Below are positions 30,701 to 43,273 of a DNA stretch of 64,000 nucleotides, piece after piece. Below the pieces are notes generated by a model. The model was not told the origin of the DNA, did no database searches, and saw only the letters and a list, made by a program, of their open reading frames with translations. The position numbers were made by a program, and so were the translations under genes. Within the stretch, counting starts at the first letter, position 1. Every line of letters starts with the position of its first letter. Origin of the DNA: Podarcis muralis (taxonomy: Eukaryota); the NCBI RefSeq assembly GCF_964188315.1, contig NC_135669.1, positions 29,202,001-29,266,000 of the forward strand, in the 5' to 3' direction.

Positions 30701-33700
30701 GCTCTGCTAGGGAGCGACTGGCCCTTCCCTAGGAAGATGGCCCTTGGTCCATCCAGCTTGGTGTTATGTAAACAGCTGGTAGAAGCTCTCCAGGGTTTCA
30801 GGACCTTTCTCAGTCCTACCAGGAGATGCTGCTGGGGATTGAACCCGGGACCTTCGGTTGTGCTATCCAGGATTGGTGGGAGTTGTAGTTCAGAACATCA
30901 GGAAGGTACCAGGTTTGGGGAAGGTAGTACTTTTGGACTCCACACATTGTCCAGTGTGCGATGCAAAACTTTAGCTACAGCTGATGCCCAACCTTTCAAG
31001 GTTGGAACCACGACTCCAGTAATGGCAATTGCTTCTCTCACTTTTTTTTCTTCTCTTGCCCAAACCCAAAATTCCTTGCAGGTACTCGGAGAAAAGTCCC
31101 AGAGGCAGAGAGCCAAGGCCAGGGAGAGAGGCGGCAGAGGTGGAAGAGAAGAGTCGAGCAGCCCCAGAAAAGGAAATGCTCAGGTTGACCTGGAATCTTG
31201 TTTCACTTGGGGCTCCTCTGGTGGATTTCCCTTTCTCTAAACTTCTCATGCTAAATTTGCAGTCAACTGGGAGGGAAGCTCTCTTGGGAATATTCTTGCT
31301 TTGGGTTCAATTTTGAAGGCTCCCCCCAGTGAGAAAACAGTAGGGAGGTGGACCCCAGCCTTGGCCAAAACCCCCAAGTGGGAGTGAAGTGGTAAACATG
31401 AAACGCCAAATTCTTATAGAATTCTATTGTTTGGACTCCCTGCAGCGCTACCAGGGATGATGGTGCCTCTGCAGCCCAGATAGCGGAGACGGTGGAGCGA
31501 GCTGTCCGGGAGCGGCTGGAGCCCCTCTTGGCAAACGCGCAGGTAAGACAGCAGCCAGGAACCTTCACCCCCATCCCCACTCCACAGTCTTCTACATCAC
31601 TTCCTGTTGAGGACCTCCACCGCATCTTCTCATTTAACAGATGCCCAGCCCAACTTCTGGGGTCCGTCTCCTCCCAAGGCAAATTACAGCAAGCCAAGCA
31701 AATACAGCATTATTAAGATTCCGAGTGTTAAAATAAAAGTAAAAACTACAAAGGATGCTACAATATTTGGCATGGTTTTCAAAAATAAAAAACCCCAAAA
31801 TCACCTGAGTGCAGCCTGGAAACTACTTGCTTTTGGGTTTCCATAAAGGATAGCGGGGGCACAAATTTCCTGAGGGGGCCCCCACCACAGAGATGGACTT
31901 TTCCCTTGCGCCCAAAGGGCCTCTTTCAATGGTGGGCCAGAGCCCTCGGCCTCAGGAGCTGCTCTTCAAGCTCAGGCAGGGCTTGGTGGGTGTTGGGTGG
32001 CCCCTCAGGGAGCCTCAAATTATTCAGGGGTTTGAAGGCCTAGATCATTGCCTTGAATAGGCAGCCTGGCTCCGGAATAGGTGTCATGCCTGACTCTTAT
32101 AAGGGGCTAGGGGGATTGGCCAAATCACTTGCTTGCCCACTCAAAGGAGCATTCTACCCTCACAACACATCTGCCAGGAATGGTCTGGGACTGTGCAGGA
32201 AGTCCTGTGGTGTCCTCTTGTTTCCTTAGAAGGTGAATCGCTCCCTGGAAAGGAACATCTGCCAGAAGGAGCTGCCCTGCCAGGATATTGGGAAGGTAGG
32301 ACAAGAGCCAGGAAATTGAGGGATCTCTCTTGCCTGGCTGATGTGGCATGGCAAAGAAAGTCTTGCTACTTGGCCCACTTTATAGGAGGTGGAATCATAG
32401 AGTTGCAGCATTGGAAGGGACGCCAAGGGCCATCTAGTTCAACCTCCTGCAGTGCAGGGATCCCTGACAGTGAGAGCTCCTTGTGTCCTCCTTCATTGTC
32501 AAGGCCCGGGTGCAATCTGGATGAAAGAGACCCCTTTTGCTGCCTGTCCACAGTGGCCTTGAGCCCCATATCCCTGCTCTTCTGAGCCTCTTCTGGACAT
32601 CTATGGAGGCAGAAGAGAGATGAGAGAGTCTAGCTGGCCTGACAGTCAGGTGCCTGCACGTGAAAGGGCCTTGCCTCAGGTGGGGCAGGATGGGGGCTGA
32701 TCTGGGCCTCCCTTTAAACCGGGGTAGGGAGAATTCTGCTCCAAATGCCTGCTTTGTGTGTTGCCAGGCTCCTGTTGGTCTCCCGCGTCCAGGTCTGGAG
32801 GACCTTGCCGAGCTGCAGCGTGAGGAGATTGAGACCCTCTCCAGCCCCTCTGACCTGGAGGCAATGCTGCAAAGGATGGAGGAGATTGAGGTGCGTTGGA
32901 GCTCAAGCCTTTTCCTTTGAGAAGGAAGAGGCTGTGGGGTGGGGAGCTTCCCATGGCTTTTCTTGAATAAAAGCCCTTGAGAACTGGCTGGCATGGAAGG
33001 CAGCAGCATCCTGGAGTGGGGCAGCCTTGCTCTTGTGTGTGCCGGGGAGTGGGGAAGGGAGGTGATGGCTGGGGCCATGCTTGATGTCTTAACACCAAGG
33101 CCCCTGCCCCATAGCAGACAGTCCCTTCCCTGTTTTTGGTTAAATATATTTTATTAATTTTCATGGAAAGGTTCTACAAAACTCTGCAAAACACAGTCTT
33201 ATCAAACAGGATCTGATGGTATGCATAGTCTCCACATACAATGATAGATCGCTGTTGAACAAAAGCAGTGAGGCAGTGTGCTTTCAAACCAGGGCCCAGT
33301 CACAGCCTCACAGCCTAACATGCCTCACAGGGTTGTTGTGGGGATTAAATGAGGAGGAGAACCATGGACACCACTTGGGCTCCTTGGAAAGTAAGATGAG
33401 ATATAAATGAAATGAATTAATGAATTAACTTTTCTGTCCTGCAGCGCTCCCAAGAGGCCGTCCGCAGGCGGTACCACCAGATTGTTTACTCTGATGCTGA
33501 GTTCTGGGCTCGGCAAGAGAGATGGGGTGAGTGTCAGGCTTTGTGTTTTGGGGTTTGTAGGAAATAAAGGAGCAGAGGGTGACTGAAGACAGCCCCCCCC
33601 CAAATACAGGCAAGGAGATGCCAAGAGATCAAGGAACGACCCTGCCTTCTGTGTGTGCTTCTCAATTTCCTTCCACATGTATTGGAGGTTGTGTTGCTGC

Positions 33701-36158
33701 TGTTGTGCCACCTCTGAGTTGCAAGAGGAAAACTGGCTTCTTGGGGTGGTTCTTGGGTTGGAGCAGGTGGCCCACGAGGTGATGATTCCTGGAAAGAACA
33801 TAAGATGAGCCTGCTGGATCAGGCCAATGATCCATCTGGTCCAGTATCCTGTTCTCACAGTGGCCAACCAGATACCCATTGTGGGAAACCCTCAATCAGG
33901 ATTTGAGCACAAGAGCAATTTCCACTTTGTGCAATTTCCAGCAACTGCTTTTCAGGAGCATTACTGCCTCCAACTGTGGAAGCAGAGCATGGCCATTATG
34001 GGTAGTTGCCATCAGTAGCCTTATCCTCCATGAATTTGTCTTGATCTTCTTTCAAAGCCATCCAAGTTGGAAGCCATCACTGCCTCCTGTGGGAAGGAAT
34101 TCGACAGTAACTGTGCTGCATGAATAAGTCCTTCTTTTTCTCTTTCCTGAATCTTCAAATGTTCATCTTCATTGGATGTCCAGGAGTTCTAGTGTTATGA
34201 GAGAGGAAGAAAAACTTGCCTCTCTAGGAATGTGGGAACAGGAAAGGCAGATGAGGAAAGGTGTGCAAAGCTCCCCAGGTTGTAGCAGGCGGTTTCTCAT
34301 CTTCCTGATTTTTTTCCTCCACTGCCCAGAGAGAGAAAATGCAGAGGCAGGCCAAGAGCCTGGGACTCCCCATCCCATCCAGATCACAAGGCGGGAGAGT
34401 CACCCAGACCCCCAAGTGGACATTGTGCTGGAAAGACCCCTGGACACCAAGTGAGTAGAAGATCCAGGAAATGCATCAGTGCTGCTGGTTGGGCTGAAAA
34501 CCACCTGGTTGGGTGGGTTGCCGTGGAGTCACGGAATGTTTATGAATATTCTAATAGCCTAGAGGTCATGTGATAGCTGGAAAGGAAAATCGGAAGGCAG
34601 CTCAAGGTACCCCTCTGCTGCTGGGTTCTGGGGCAGAAGGAGGAGCAGAAAGGGGGTCACTAGGGAAGGCACCTGGCAGAGCAAGACCACGCTGGCATTC
34701 CTGGTTTACACAGCAGCCACTAAGGACACTCATAAGAGGAAGATGAGCTTTTTCCATGGTGTGGGAAGGGGTGGCAGTGAGAGGAGCCCTCCTTCTGTAG
34801 ATTCTTCTGCCTTCTCTCCCCTGGAGGGTCCAGGAGGTAGGGGAGATGAGCAGTGGATGCAGCAGTGCTGAAGGGACCACAGGCAGGCTGGGGCACCTAA
34901 GGGGCTAAGACACGATTGGTGTCAGGAGGGGCTGCTGCTGTTGGCCCAAAGGGGAGGCTGGCCAGAGAGGCAGAGGAAAGAACCACATGGGAGGAGTCTG
35001 ATGTTTCCACATAAGAAGAGCCTTGCTGTTGGATCAGGCCAACGACCCATCTAGTAGTCCAGCATCCTGTTCTCACAGTGGCCAACCACCACACTTCTCC
35101 AGTTAGGTCTTTGGCTTTCTGGGGCTGGTTTTGGGGCTCCTGCCGTGCCAAGGAATGGCCACTCACTTTGTGGGGTTGTGCTTCCAGTGCTGCGGAGGAG
35201 GAGGAAGAGAGTGGTGGGATGGAGGAGCTCCTAGAGCCCAGGAATGGGACTCTGCCGCCTTCGTCATCGCATCCCCGCAGGAAGGAGGCTGGCGTCTTCC
35301 TCTCCGTCCCTAAGAACATGCTGCAGAGCATTCACGATTACAGCGCGCGATACAACCAGCACCTGAGGTGCATCTCCCATGAGGCGGTGGGCAGTTTCAA
35401 CCCCTGGCGAATCGCAGAGAGGTACTGGAGGAGGAGTTGAGTCTTCTTGGCAAGGCTGCTTTTCACTTGTGTTGCATCCATTGGGATTCCTCATGACAAC
35501 ACCAGGGGGCGCGCCATGCACTGCCAAAGAAGGATCCAGTATCTGTATCACAGCAATGCCTTTATTAAGCCTTTATTAGGTCACAAAATAGCAGGGATGC
35601 TTTCTAGTTTTCCAGAAGCTCTATATCAGGGCAGATGGCAAAAGAAGAAGCAAAGAATTCTGGGAGGGGACCTTCCCTACAGCCACTACCCAGTAGAATT
35701 AGAATTGTGGAGTTGGAAGCTCACTAGGTGTGACATTGGGGACCAGTCCCTGCCTTTCAGCCTAACCAACCTTGCAGGATTGTTGTGGGGATTAAATGGA
35801 GAGAGGGAGAACAATACCACATTGGGTGTGACAGAGGCTACTCCCTGCTCTTGTGTCACATGCTGGTGGGATCCCTTCCAAGGGAAGTCTAGTGGGAATC
35901 TCCTTTGTCCTTTGTGGAGGAGACCCTTGCAGGTTCTGGCATCCCTCCCCAGCAAGCAGATTGTGGCTGAGTCGCAGCAGTCCTCTGTTCCTTTAGTCCT
36001 GCCTGTTGACTGTCTCTCCCTCCTGCTTTCCCCCCTGCAGCCTGGCCGAGGAGCTGACGGAAGAAGCCTTGGCGGACGTAGCCAGGGAGCTGCAGGGCCT
36101 GTGTGAGGATTACGCAGAAGCTGTCTTCACCTCGGAGTTCCTGGAGGCAGCTGAGTAG
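24709..36158 (+). CDS. KIAA0753: KIAA0753 / Moonraker (OFIP) centriolar-satellite protein, about 855 aa; exons 24709-24804, 25105-25684, 26418-26524, 26732-26794, 27441-27662, 28576-28750, 29835-30043, 30251-30423, 31082-31183, 31446-31542, 32230-32295, 32768-32890, 33445-33526, 34330-34450, 35188-35421, 36041-36158
   Basis: All 16 exons join in frame through GT-AG sites (2568 nt). Conserved blocks are recognisable: [102 protein letters not shown] and the C-terminal [18 protein letters not shown]. The middle exons are divergent and less certain. Confidence 0.93.
25925..26110 (+). mobile_element. MIR/Squam3-like SINE
   Basis: tgtagtggttaaagtgtcagac head, ctctcagcctaatc...gggttgttgtgagg core, aaatgtaataaataaata tail. 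Confidence 0.6.
27075..27330 (-). mobile_element. CR1 LINE 3' fragment
   Basis: ttggaagggacccc...aaggagaatc...ttccactg.caaacagctcttacc..caggaagttcttcctaatg, the reverse of the CR1 3' end. Confidence 0.7.
28130..28332 (+). mobile_element. Squam2-like tRNA-derived SINE
   Basis: gctcagtggtagagca...gcagaaggtcc..gtttcaatcccc head; actgagctagatgg...aggcagctt..gttccta tail; other copies at 30540-30860 (-), 41243-41400 (-) and 42060-43326 (+, split). Confidence 0.7.
29155..29490 (-). mobile_element. CR1 LINE 3' fragment
   Basis: agaattgtagagttggaagggatc...catctagtccaac...cagatggccatccaacctctgcttaaaa...ggagcagcagaaaacaagcttgctcc. Confidence 0.8.
33797..34205 (-). mobile_element. CR1 LINE 3' fragment (second family)
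   Basis: aagaacataagatgagcctgctggatcaggcc...ccagtatcctgttctcacagtggccaacc...catccaagttggaagccatcactgcctcctgtggg. Confidence 0.8.
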
Positions 36159-36877
36159 GCAGCACTCTCGCCTCCTGCTCCTTCTCCTGGTCCAGCAGAG
36201 CCAGGCTGGGTGGCCTCCTTGCAGCAGTCGCCATGGTTGTGGACTTGTCAGGAAGGGCTCTCTCTTTGTGTGGAGTGGGAGCTTAACATGGGCAACATCC
36301 CAGGGGTGGTGTCTGTCAATTCCAGCTGTGTTTGCCTTGTTCAGGAAGGGTGCCTGGGCATGGGAGCAGGGAGTGTAATGATGGCTAAGCAAAGTGAATG
36401 ATGTCTGGCACCTTCTGCTTAGCTGAGGTGTCAGTCAAATGTCAGCTGTTCCAGGAAGAGTTTCCACCCAGCCAGGCTTTGTGAACAAACTGCTCTCTTT
36501 TTGCCCACTGTCACACTTGGGTCCTTCTGGAATGTTCCATCAGAAGAGTGGGCATCTAGGGGGTGCAGAAGCTGATCCACTGGGATCCTATTGGGGGGGG
36601 GGGGAGGTTGCACAGGCTCTGCTTCTATGGCATTTATGCCCCCACACCTGGTGTCATTGGCTCAAGTCTTGAGGCAACCTGTGTGCTCTGGTTGTGAAAT
36701 GCATGTTGTGTCCTGTGAGATCTTGGGACCCTTCCTTCAGGGTTGGTACCTTCTCCACCTTTGTGGGAGCAGGCTTGCCTCTCTGACTTCTCCGCGCCTC
36801 TGGGAGTACCAGGCTCCCTTCCCTAGGCACTGGGACTCCACGAGGTTTACTTTAAGAACTTATTCAAGATGAAATAT

Positions 36878-37046
36878 AATAAATCAGATATTTAGTATGC
36901 TGTTGCAGGAGTTTGTCAAGCTACCAAACATCACCTCTTTGTATGAAGGTCATATTTATAAAAGGTTTTGTACATTCCACTGGTAAATTTTCATACTCTG
37001 CTTTTTTCTGAATGTGGGGGAAAACTCACCAAATTTATTAAATAAA
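36878..37046 (+). terminator. Candidate KIAA0753 polyadenylation signals
   Basis: AATAAA at 36878-36883 and 37041-37046, followed by a GT/T-rich downstream element. Confidence 0.6.
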
Positions 37047-38949
37047 CTTCTTACAATACGCATGTGTCTGTATTTTTGTGCAATGCTGTTTCTGCATTAT
37101 TGCTTTGGGAACCAGGGTCAACCCTGAGGGTGCTGCGAAAAAGTTCAAAGTGATTGCATTTTTGGATCAAGAGGAGGAGGAAGAGTCCCTCTCTCCTCCC
37201 AGAGGGTGGCCTCCTAGGTCATGCAGAGGTTCTGTTGAGAAAGAGTTCTGTCCTTTTTCCTGTTTGGAATAGTTTGGAGCCTAATTCATAAGCAATACAA
37301 AAGGCCTTATCCTTCACATGTTCATTGGTTCCTTCTCACTGCAACGATTTTGCAGCGACACCTGTCACCTTGTGGGGTCTACTCCTGCTGTCTTTTCGGA
37401 AAGCACAAGGCCTGCCTGAAGAGTCTTAGCTCAAGGAAGTCAAATTCTTGAGCACCTTAGAGGCAATGATGGTGACTTTGGCCATGACCCATTGGGACAT
37501 TTCAGGCCTGGCAGGAATGCTGATGAACTCCCTGCATGTGGATTCTGTGTCCATTTTACTTTCCCACCTAAGGCATGGCTTGATTCTGCTGCTATCTGAG
37601 CCAAGGGAGAGAGCCAGGCTCTGCCTCTTTGGGTCACCGTCCCAGCTGTTTCATTGCCAGATTGTTTTGGGTCGAGTCCTGAGGCCAACTAACTAACTTG
37701 GTCAAAAAAGCTGTTGTGGGCTTCTTTTCTTGAGTCCTCCCCGCTTCCTCTGGGTCCTCTTGAAGAAAGGGGCTTTTCTGCAGTTTCATGCTGAGCATCT
37801 CCCATAAGGTTCTGGTCTTTCATGTTCAAAAGCATCTCCATCTTTCTGTGTTCTTCTAAAGGGGTCTGCCAAGCATCCAGTATTTAGAAGCATTGCTGCC
37901 TCTGACCGTGGAGGCAGAGCATAGTCATTGTGGCTAGTAGCTGTAGCTCTCTCCATGAATTTGCCCAATCCTCTTTAAAAGTCATCTAGGTTAGTTAGCT
38001 AAATGGAGCCTCCAGCTTTAGAGACAGTCTATCTTTGCATGCCGGGTGTTGTAGGGAGCAGCGGCTAAGGAAGACTGCCTTGCTAACACCCTGCTTGCAG
38101 GCTTCCTAGAAGCAGCTCTTTGGCATTGTGAACTAGGCGGACCCCCTCTTTGATGCAGGAGGCCTGTTCTTCCTTTGGAGCATCTATGCCCCATTGCAAC
38201 AGTCTGTCCTGTGACTGGGGAGTTTATATTCTATGTCATAATCTGAGCAGTTAGAAGTGAGGCAAGCCCCTTTGAGGCAGTGGCTGGTTGGTTGGTGGCA
38301 GAGTGCTTGGAACGGAGGGCGGACCCCCCCCCACAAGGGTGGTGGTGTAGCAGGGAGGGGGATCTGCCTATCTTTACCTAATCCCGGCCACCCTTAATGA
38401 AGTGGGGAGTCTATTGACTTCCACCTCCATCCACCAGAGGAGTTGGCTGTGAGTCATCTGCTTGGGCAGCTTCCAGGCGTTAAAAACAAACACTTGAGCT
38501 GCAGTGCGCATCGCAGTGGGCTCTGAAGAGAAAAGGAGAGGTTATCCCAGCATCCGGAGGAGACAAACCAAGGAGGGCTACGGAGGAGGAGAGGGAGGGC
38601 TGGGAAGTGGTGGGGTGGTGGTCTGCCTCTGAGGAAGCCAGGTGGGACCCCCAGCCACCTTCTAATGACAACCTGGCCTTCAGCAGAGGGAGTTTGCAAA
38701 GGATGACCCACATGGAGCTACCACCTTGCAGGTGTCATGGGTATGGTGGCATGCTATGCCATGGGAAGTGTAGGACATCTCTTCTGCTTAGTCACCCCAC
38801 CTGGCTGGGCTGATGCTGTGCCCCAGGATCACCCCAGCCCCAGAACTTCTCCCCAAAGGACACACCCTCAACCGGCAAGTCAGGCAAGCCCTGCCCTGAG
38901 CAGAAGGCCATCTAAGGCGCCCCAGTGAGGAGCTGCCTTGCCAGTCAGG

Positions 38950-39400
38950 ACGGGGGGAAAGAGAGAAAAGTCTTTCATCACACAGTGCATGGTGAAACTG
39001 TGGAACTCACTCCCACTGGAAGCAGTGATGGCCACCGACTTGGATGGCTTTAAAGAGGGTAAAGCAAATTCATGGAGGAGGAGAGGGCTATTGATGGCTA
39101 CTAGCCAGGATGGCTCTGCTCTGCTTCCATGGTCAGAGGCAGCACTGCTTCTGAATACCAGTTTCTGGAAACCACAGGAGGGGAGAGTGTTGCTCTTGTG
39201 CTCTGCTTAGGGGCTTCCCATTGGGGCATGCGGTTGGTCACTGTGAGACTAGGTGGGTCCAGCAGCCAGGCTTTTCTTATGGAACCTCCAGGGGCATGTG
39301 CACTCTATCTAGATTCCTAGGTTCTTTGGGGTATTTGGCCACTGTGAGAGCAGAATGCTGGACTGGGTGGACTACTGGCCTGATCCTGAAGGGCTCTTCT
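38950..39400 (+). mobile_element. CR1 LINE 3' fragment
   Basis: tgcatggtgaaactgtggaactcactcccactggaagcagtgatggccacc...gcaaattcatggagg...ggccactgtgaga motif set. Confidence 0.75.
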
Positions 39401-40361
39401 TAGGTGGTCTGCCAGTGGGTAGGGATGGGGCCCTTCTGTGGCTGCCATTTGGTGTCTCTCCCCGCTCTGCTTGGACCCTTGGTTGGCCTTGCTCTGTCAA
39501 TATTTCAGCTCCATGTCACTGGGGCGCTCCTGTCTTTGGAAGGGGGTGTCTGTTACGCTCCGCGGCTCCCTTCAGGGTTGTGACATTTGCGGTTTCTTCC
39601 TTCTGTCTTCCTTTGCCTCCACATGCTGCAGGAAGTGCCACCCGGGAGGCCCAACCCTTTCAGAATTGCATGTTTATGTCTTCCCTGGCATGGATAAAAA
39701 AAAAGGTCTTTATTTTTGAATAGCGAAATGAGCGGGTGTCAAGATGGGAGAACCACAAGCATTTCTCCTGTCCTTGGTTAGCGGAGCAGAACAAAATGGG
39801 GGGGGGGAGAGAAGAGGAGATTTGTCCCCACAAGGAAATAAGAAGACAAGGAGCAAAAGGCCCTCAGTTTCCCATCTAGCTTCTTGGAAGAGGCACACCA
39901 GCCCACACCAGTTTGGCCCGAGGCAGGAAGGAGTCTTGGTGGATTGGGAGGAGGCTAAGGCGAAAAGAAACCCATTTCCACTCCAGTACGTGGACGATCT
40001 GAGTCTTCCTGGACTCCAACATGAGTGAATCCCCCTTGAAAATGCAAACAGTGCCCAGTCTCCCTCCAGCCACCACTTCAACCTGCTGGATCAGACCAGG
40101 GGGCCCCACCCTGTTCTCAGTTCCTGACTGGATGCCCCAAAAGCGAAACTAGCCAGCACAAGAGCCCTCGCCCTTCCTGTGGTTTCCAGCAACTGGAATT
40201 AGGCAGTGTTATTGCCTCCGACAGTGGAGGCACAGCAGAGCCATTGGGGCTAGTAGCCATCTCTCCTCCTCCATGAATTTGTCTGATCCTCTTAGAAAGC
40301 CATCCAAGTTGGTGGCCATCACTGCCTCCTGTGGGAGAGAGTCCCATATTTTAACTATGAT

Positions 40362-40712
40362 GGGGCGCGGGTGGCGCTGTGGGTTAAACCACATAGCCTA
40401 GGACTTGCCTTTCAGAAGGTTGGCAGTTTGAATCCCCGCGACGGGGTGAGCTCCCGTTGCTCGGTCCCTGCTCCTGCCAACCTAGCAGTTCGAAAGCACG
40501 TCAAAGTGCAAGTAGATAAATAGGTACCGCTCTGGAGGGAAGGTAAACGGCATTTCCGTACACTGCTCTGGTTCGCCAGAAGCGGGTTAGTCATGCTGGC
40601 CACATGACCCAGAAGCTGTACGCCGGCTCCCTCGGCCAATAAAGCGAGATGAGCACCGCAACCCCAGAGTTGGCCATGACTGGACCTAATGGTCAGGGGT
40701 CCCTTTACCTTA
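40362..40712 (+). mobile_element. Sauria SINE (subfamily A)
   Basis: GGGGCGCGGGTGGCGCTGTGGGTTAAACC head, ...gactggacctaatggtcaggggtccctttacct tail; inserted into a minus-strand CR1 fragment. Confidence 0.9.
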
Positions 40713-41599
40713 CGTTGCAAAGGTCTTCCTTTTCGCTGTCCTGACCGGCAAGGCAACTCTTCACTGCAGCTCCAACTGCTGAAGCAGAGCAGAGCCCTTG
40801 TGGCTAGTAGCCCTCAATAGTCATCTCTCTCTGTGAGGGGGGGGCTGTAAAAGGGGAGTGTGGGCGAAATGTGAAGAGCCTGGCTTTCCATCCCATTCCT
40901 GCCATCGGCCCCCTCCGTCCTCTCCCTTGCGCCTGGGCAGAGGCCTGTCCACCCGTCCCCACAATGCTGTAGCCTCCATCTGGTGAAGAGGCTGCAGCAG
41001 ATGGATATAACTGGCAGGTTCTATTTTTAGCCAGGTGCAGCGCAAAGCCCAGGCCCTGGACTCTTCGGAGCGTAATGTGTGAATGAGAAGATGGTGTGTT
41101 CTCCCAAAGGCTGGGCTGGGGGCGGGGGCTTTAGTTTCCTGGTGCTAACCAGGCATTTGCTGTTGCGCTGAAAGGCATGGGCATTTCCCCAGCCCAGGGA
41201 GGGAGGGAGAGGAACATAGATTGCTTGTTGCCTTTCATTCTATTCAGACCATCAGGGTTCATCTAGCTCAGTACTGGTTACACTGGTCGGCAGCAGCAAC
41301 TCTGCAGGGTCTCCAGCTGGGTTCTCTGCCAGCCTGACCTGGAGATGCCAACTTCAGGGACCTTCTGCATGCAAGGCAGGTGCTCGGCCGCTGACCCTTC
41401 CAATGCAAAAGGAGCGCTTTATTTTGAGTGAGGCCACTGGCCTTTTTCTCCAGCAGCAGCTCCCGGCGGGGCCCTTCCAGGCCAATGACTCTCCAGATGC
41501 ACAGCTTTTAATTTGGCAGCAGCTGCTGCTGCAGTATCTCTTCCAGGGACCCTGATTTTTCTTTTCTGCGGAGCCTTTTCTGATGCTGGGACGATGGTT

Positions 41600-41880
41600 T
41601 TTCTCCCTGTTAGCAGAGAACATAGGAGACTGCTGGATCAGGCCAGTGGCCTCTCTAGTCCAGCATCCTGTTCTCACAATGGCCAACCAGAGGGTCAACC
41701 CCCCAGCAAGATCTGAGTACAAGAGCAATTTCCCCACCTTGAGGTTTCCAGCAATTGGTATTCAGAAGCATTTACTGAATCTCTGTGGAGGCAGAGTGGA
41801 GCCATCACGGTTAGCAGCCACTGGTAGTAGCCACTGATTTGTCCAAACCTCTTTGAAAGTCATCCAAGTTGATGGTCCCT
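41600..41880 (-). mobile_element. CR1 LINE 3' fragment
   Basis: agaacataggagactgctggatcaggcc...ctagtccagcatcctgttctcacaatggccaacc motif. Confidence 0.75.
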
Positions 41881-41941
41881 AACAGATTCGCCCACAGCCT
41901 ACAGCAGCTGTGATGGTAGTCAGTATGGAAGCCACAGTGGG

Positions 41942-41943
<2 letters not shown>

Positions 41944-41985
<42 letters not shown>
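41944..41985. repeat. (TG)n microsatellite
   Basis: About 20 uninterrupted TG units. Confidence 0.95.
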
Positions 41986-41986
<1 letters not shown>

Positions 41987-42169
41987 GGGCATGGCAGCTG
42001 CCCCAAGCAGGGAGATGTGCAGAGGAGGAAGGGGGCAGCATTTGGGGGAAAGGCTGCAGCTAAGGACTAGAGCATCAGCCAAAATTCAAGTCCTGGAATC
42101 TCCAGGTATGGCTGGGAGACACTCGTGCATGGAACCCTGGAAAGCTGTTGCTGCCAGTCAGTGTAGACA

Positions 42170-43273
42170 GCTGGCTCCTTACCTCTCTTGCCACTGTGAT
42201 CCATGCGACGGTCACCTCCAGACTTGACTACTGCAACTCACTCTATGTGGGGCTGCCCTTGAGACTGACCCAGAAACTCCAGCAGGTGCAGAATGACGCG
42301 GCGAGACTCCTTACGGGGTCCTCGCCGCGGGATCACATTCAGTGCTATACCAGCTGCACTGGCTCCCAGTGGAGTACAGGATTAGGTTTAAGGTGCTGGT
42401 GCTAACCTTTAAAGCCCAATACGACCTAGGACCCTCGTACCCACGGGACTGCCTCTTCTGGTATGTCCCACGGAGGACCTTATGGTATTCAAATAAAAAC
42501 ATATTGGAGATCCCGGGCCACAGGGAGGTTAGCCTGGCCTCAACCAGAGCCAGGGCTTTTTCAGCTGTGGCCCCAATCTGGTGGAACGCTCTGTCACAAG
42601 AGACTAAGGCCCTACGGGACTTGACATCTTTCTGCAGGGCCTGCAAGACAGAGCTGTTCCACCAGGCCTTTGGCCAAGGCATAGTCTGACCCCCTCCTTC
42701 TGTAATCCTCATAGAACTCTAGCCCAATGGTTGCCATTATTTTGACTCTGAATTGATTTTAGAATGAATTGATTTTAGAATGTATTTCAATTAACTGATT
42801 GTGATTTTATGTAAACTGTGTTATTTTTAGGGACGCGGGTGGCGCTGTGGGTAAAAGCCTCAGTGCCTAGGGCTTGCCGATCGAAAGGTCGGCGGTTTGA
42901 ATCCCTGCGGCGGGGTGCGCTCCCGTTGTTCGGTCCCAGCGCCTGCCAACCTAGCAGTTCGAAAGCACCCCCGGGTGCAAGTAGATAAATAGGGACCGCT
43001 TACTAGCGGGAAGGTAAACGGCGTTTCCGTGTGCGGCTCTGGCTCGCCAGAGCAGCGATGTCACGCTGGCCACGTGACCCGGAAGTGTCTGCGGACAGCG
43101 CTGGCCCCCGGCCTATAGAGTGAGATGGGCGCACAACCCTAGAGTCTGTCAAGACTGGCCCGTACGGGCAGGGGTACCTTTACCTTTTACTGTGTTATTT
43201 TTACTGTTAGCTGCTCTGAGCCCTGCTTCGGCTGGGGAGGGCAGGATATAAATAAAATTTTATAATTATTATT
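42170..43273 (+). mobile_element. L2-clade LINE 3' fragment (ORF2 C-terminus + 3'UTR + (TAT)n), split by a Sauria SINE
   Basis: Translates as LATVIHATVTSRLDYCNSLYVGLP...KLQQVQNDAARLLTG/LHWLPVEYRIRFKVLVLTFKA...ASTRARAFSAVAPIWWNAL...ACKTELF (frameshifted). Confidence 0.9.
42830..43188 (+). mobile_element. Sauria SINE (subfamily B), full length
   Basis: 15-bp TSD ACTGTGTTATTTTTA (42815-42829, 43189-43203); near-identical to 13369-13731 and 17703-18064. Confidence 0.93.

Noticed and set aside
42148-42689. ORFs of 85 and 115 aa with RT-associated motifs
   Set aside because: Frameshifted, 5'-truncated L2 ORF2 remnant; not a host gene.
42750-42785. 16-bp tandem duplication GAATTGATTTTAGAAT
   Set aside because: Lies inside the L2 3'UTR; an ordinary slippage repeat.
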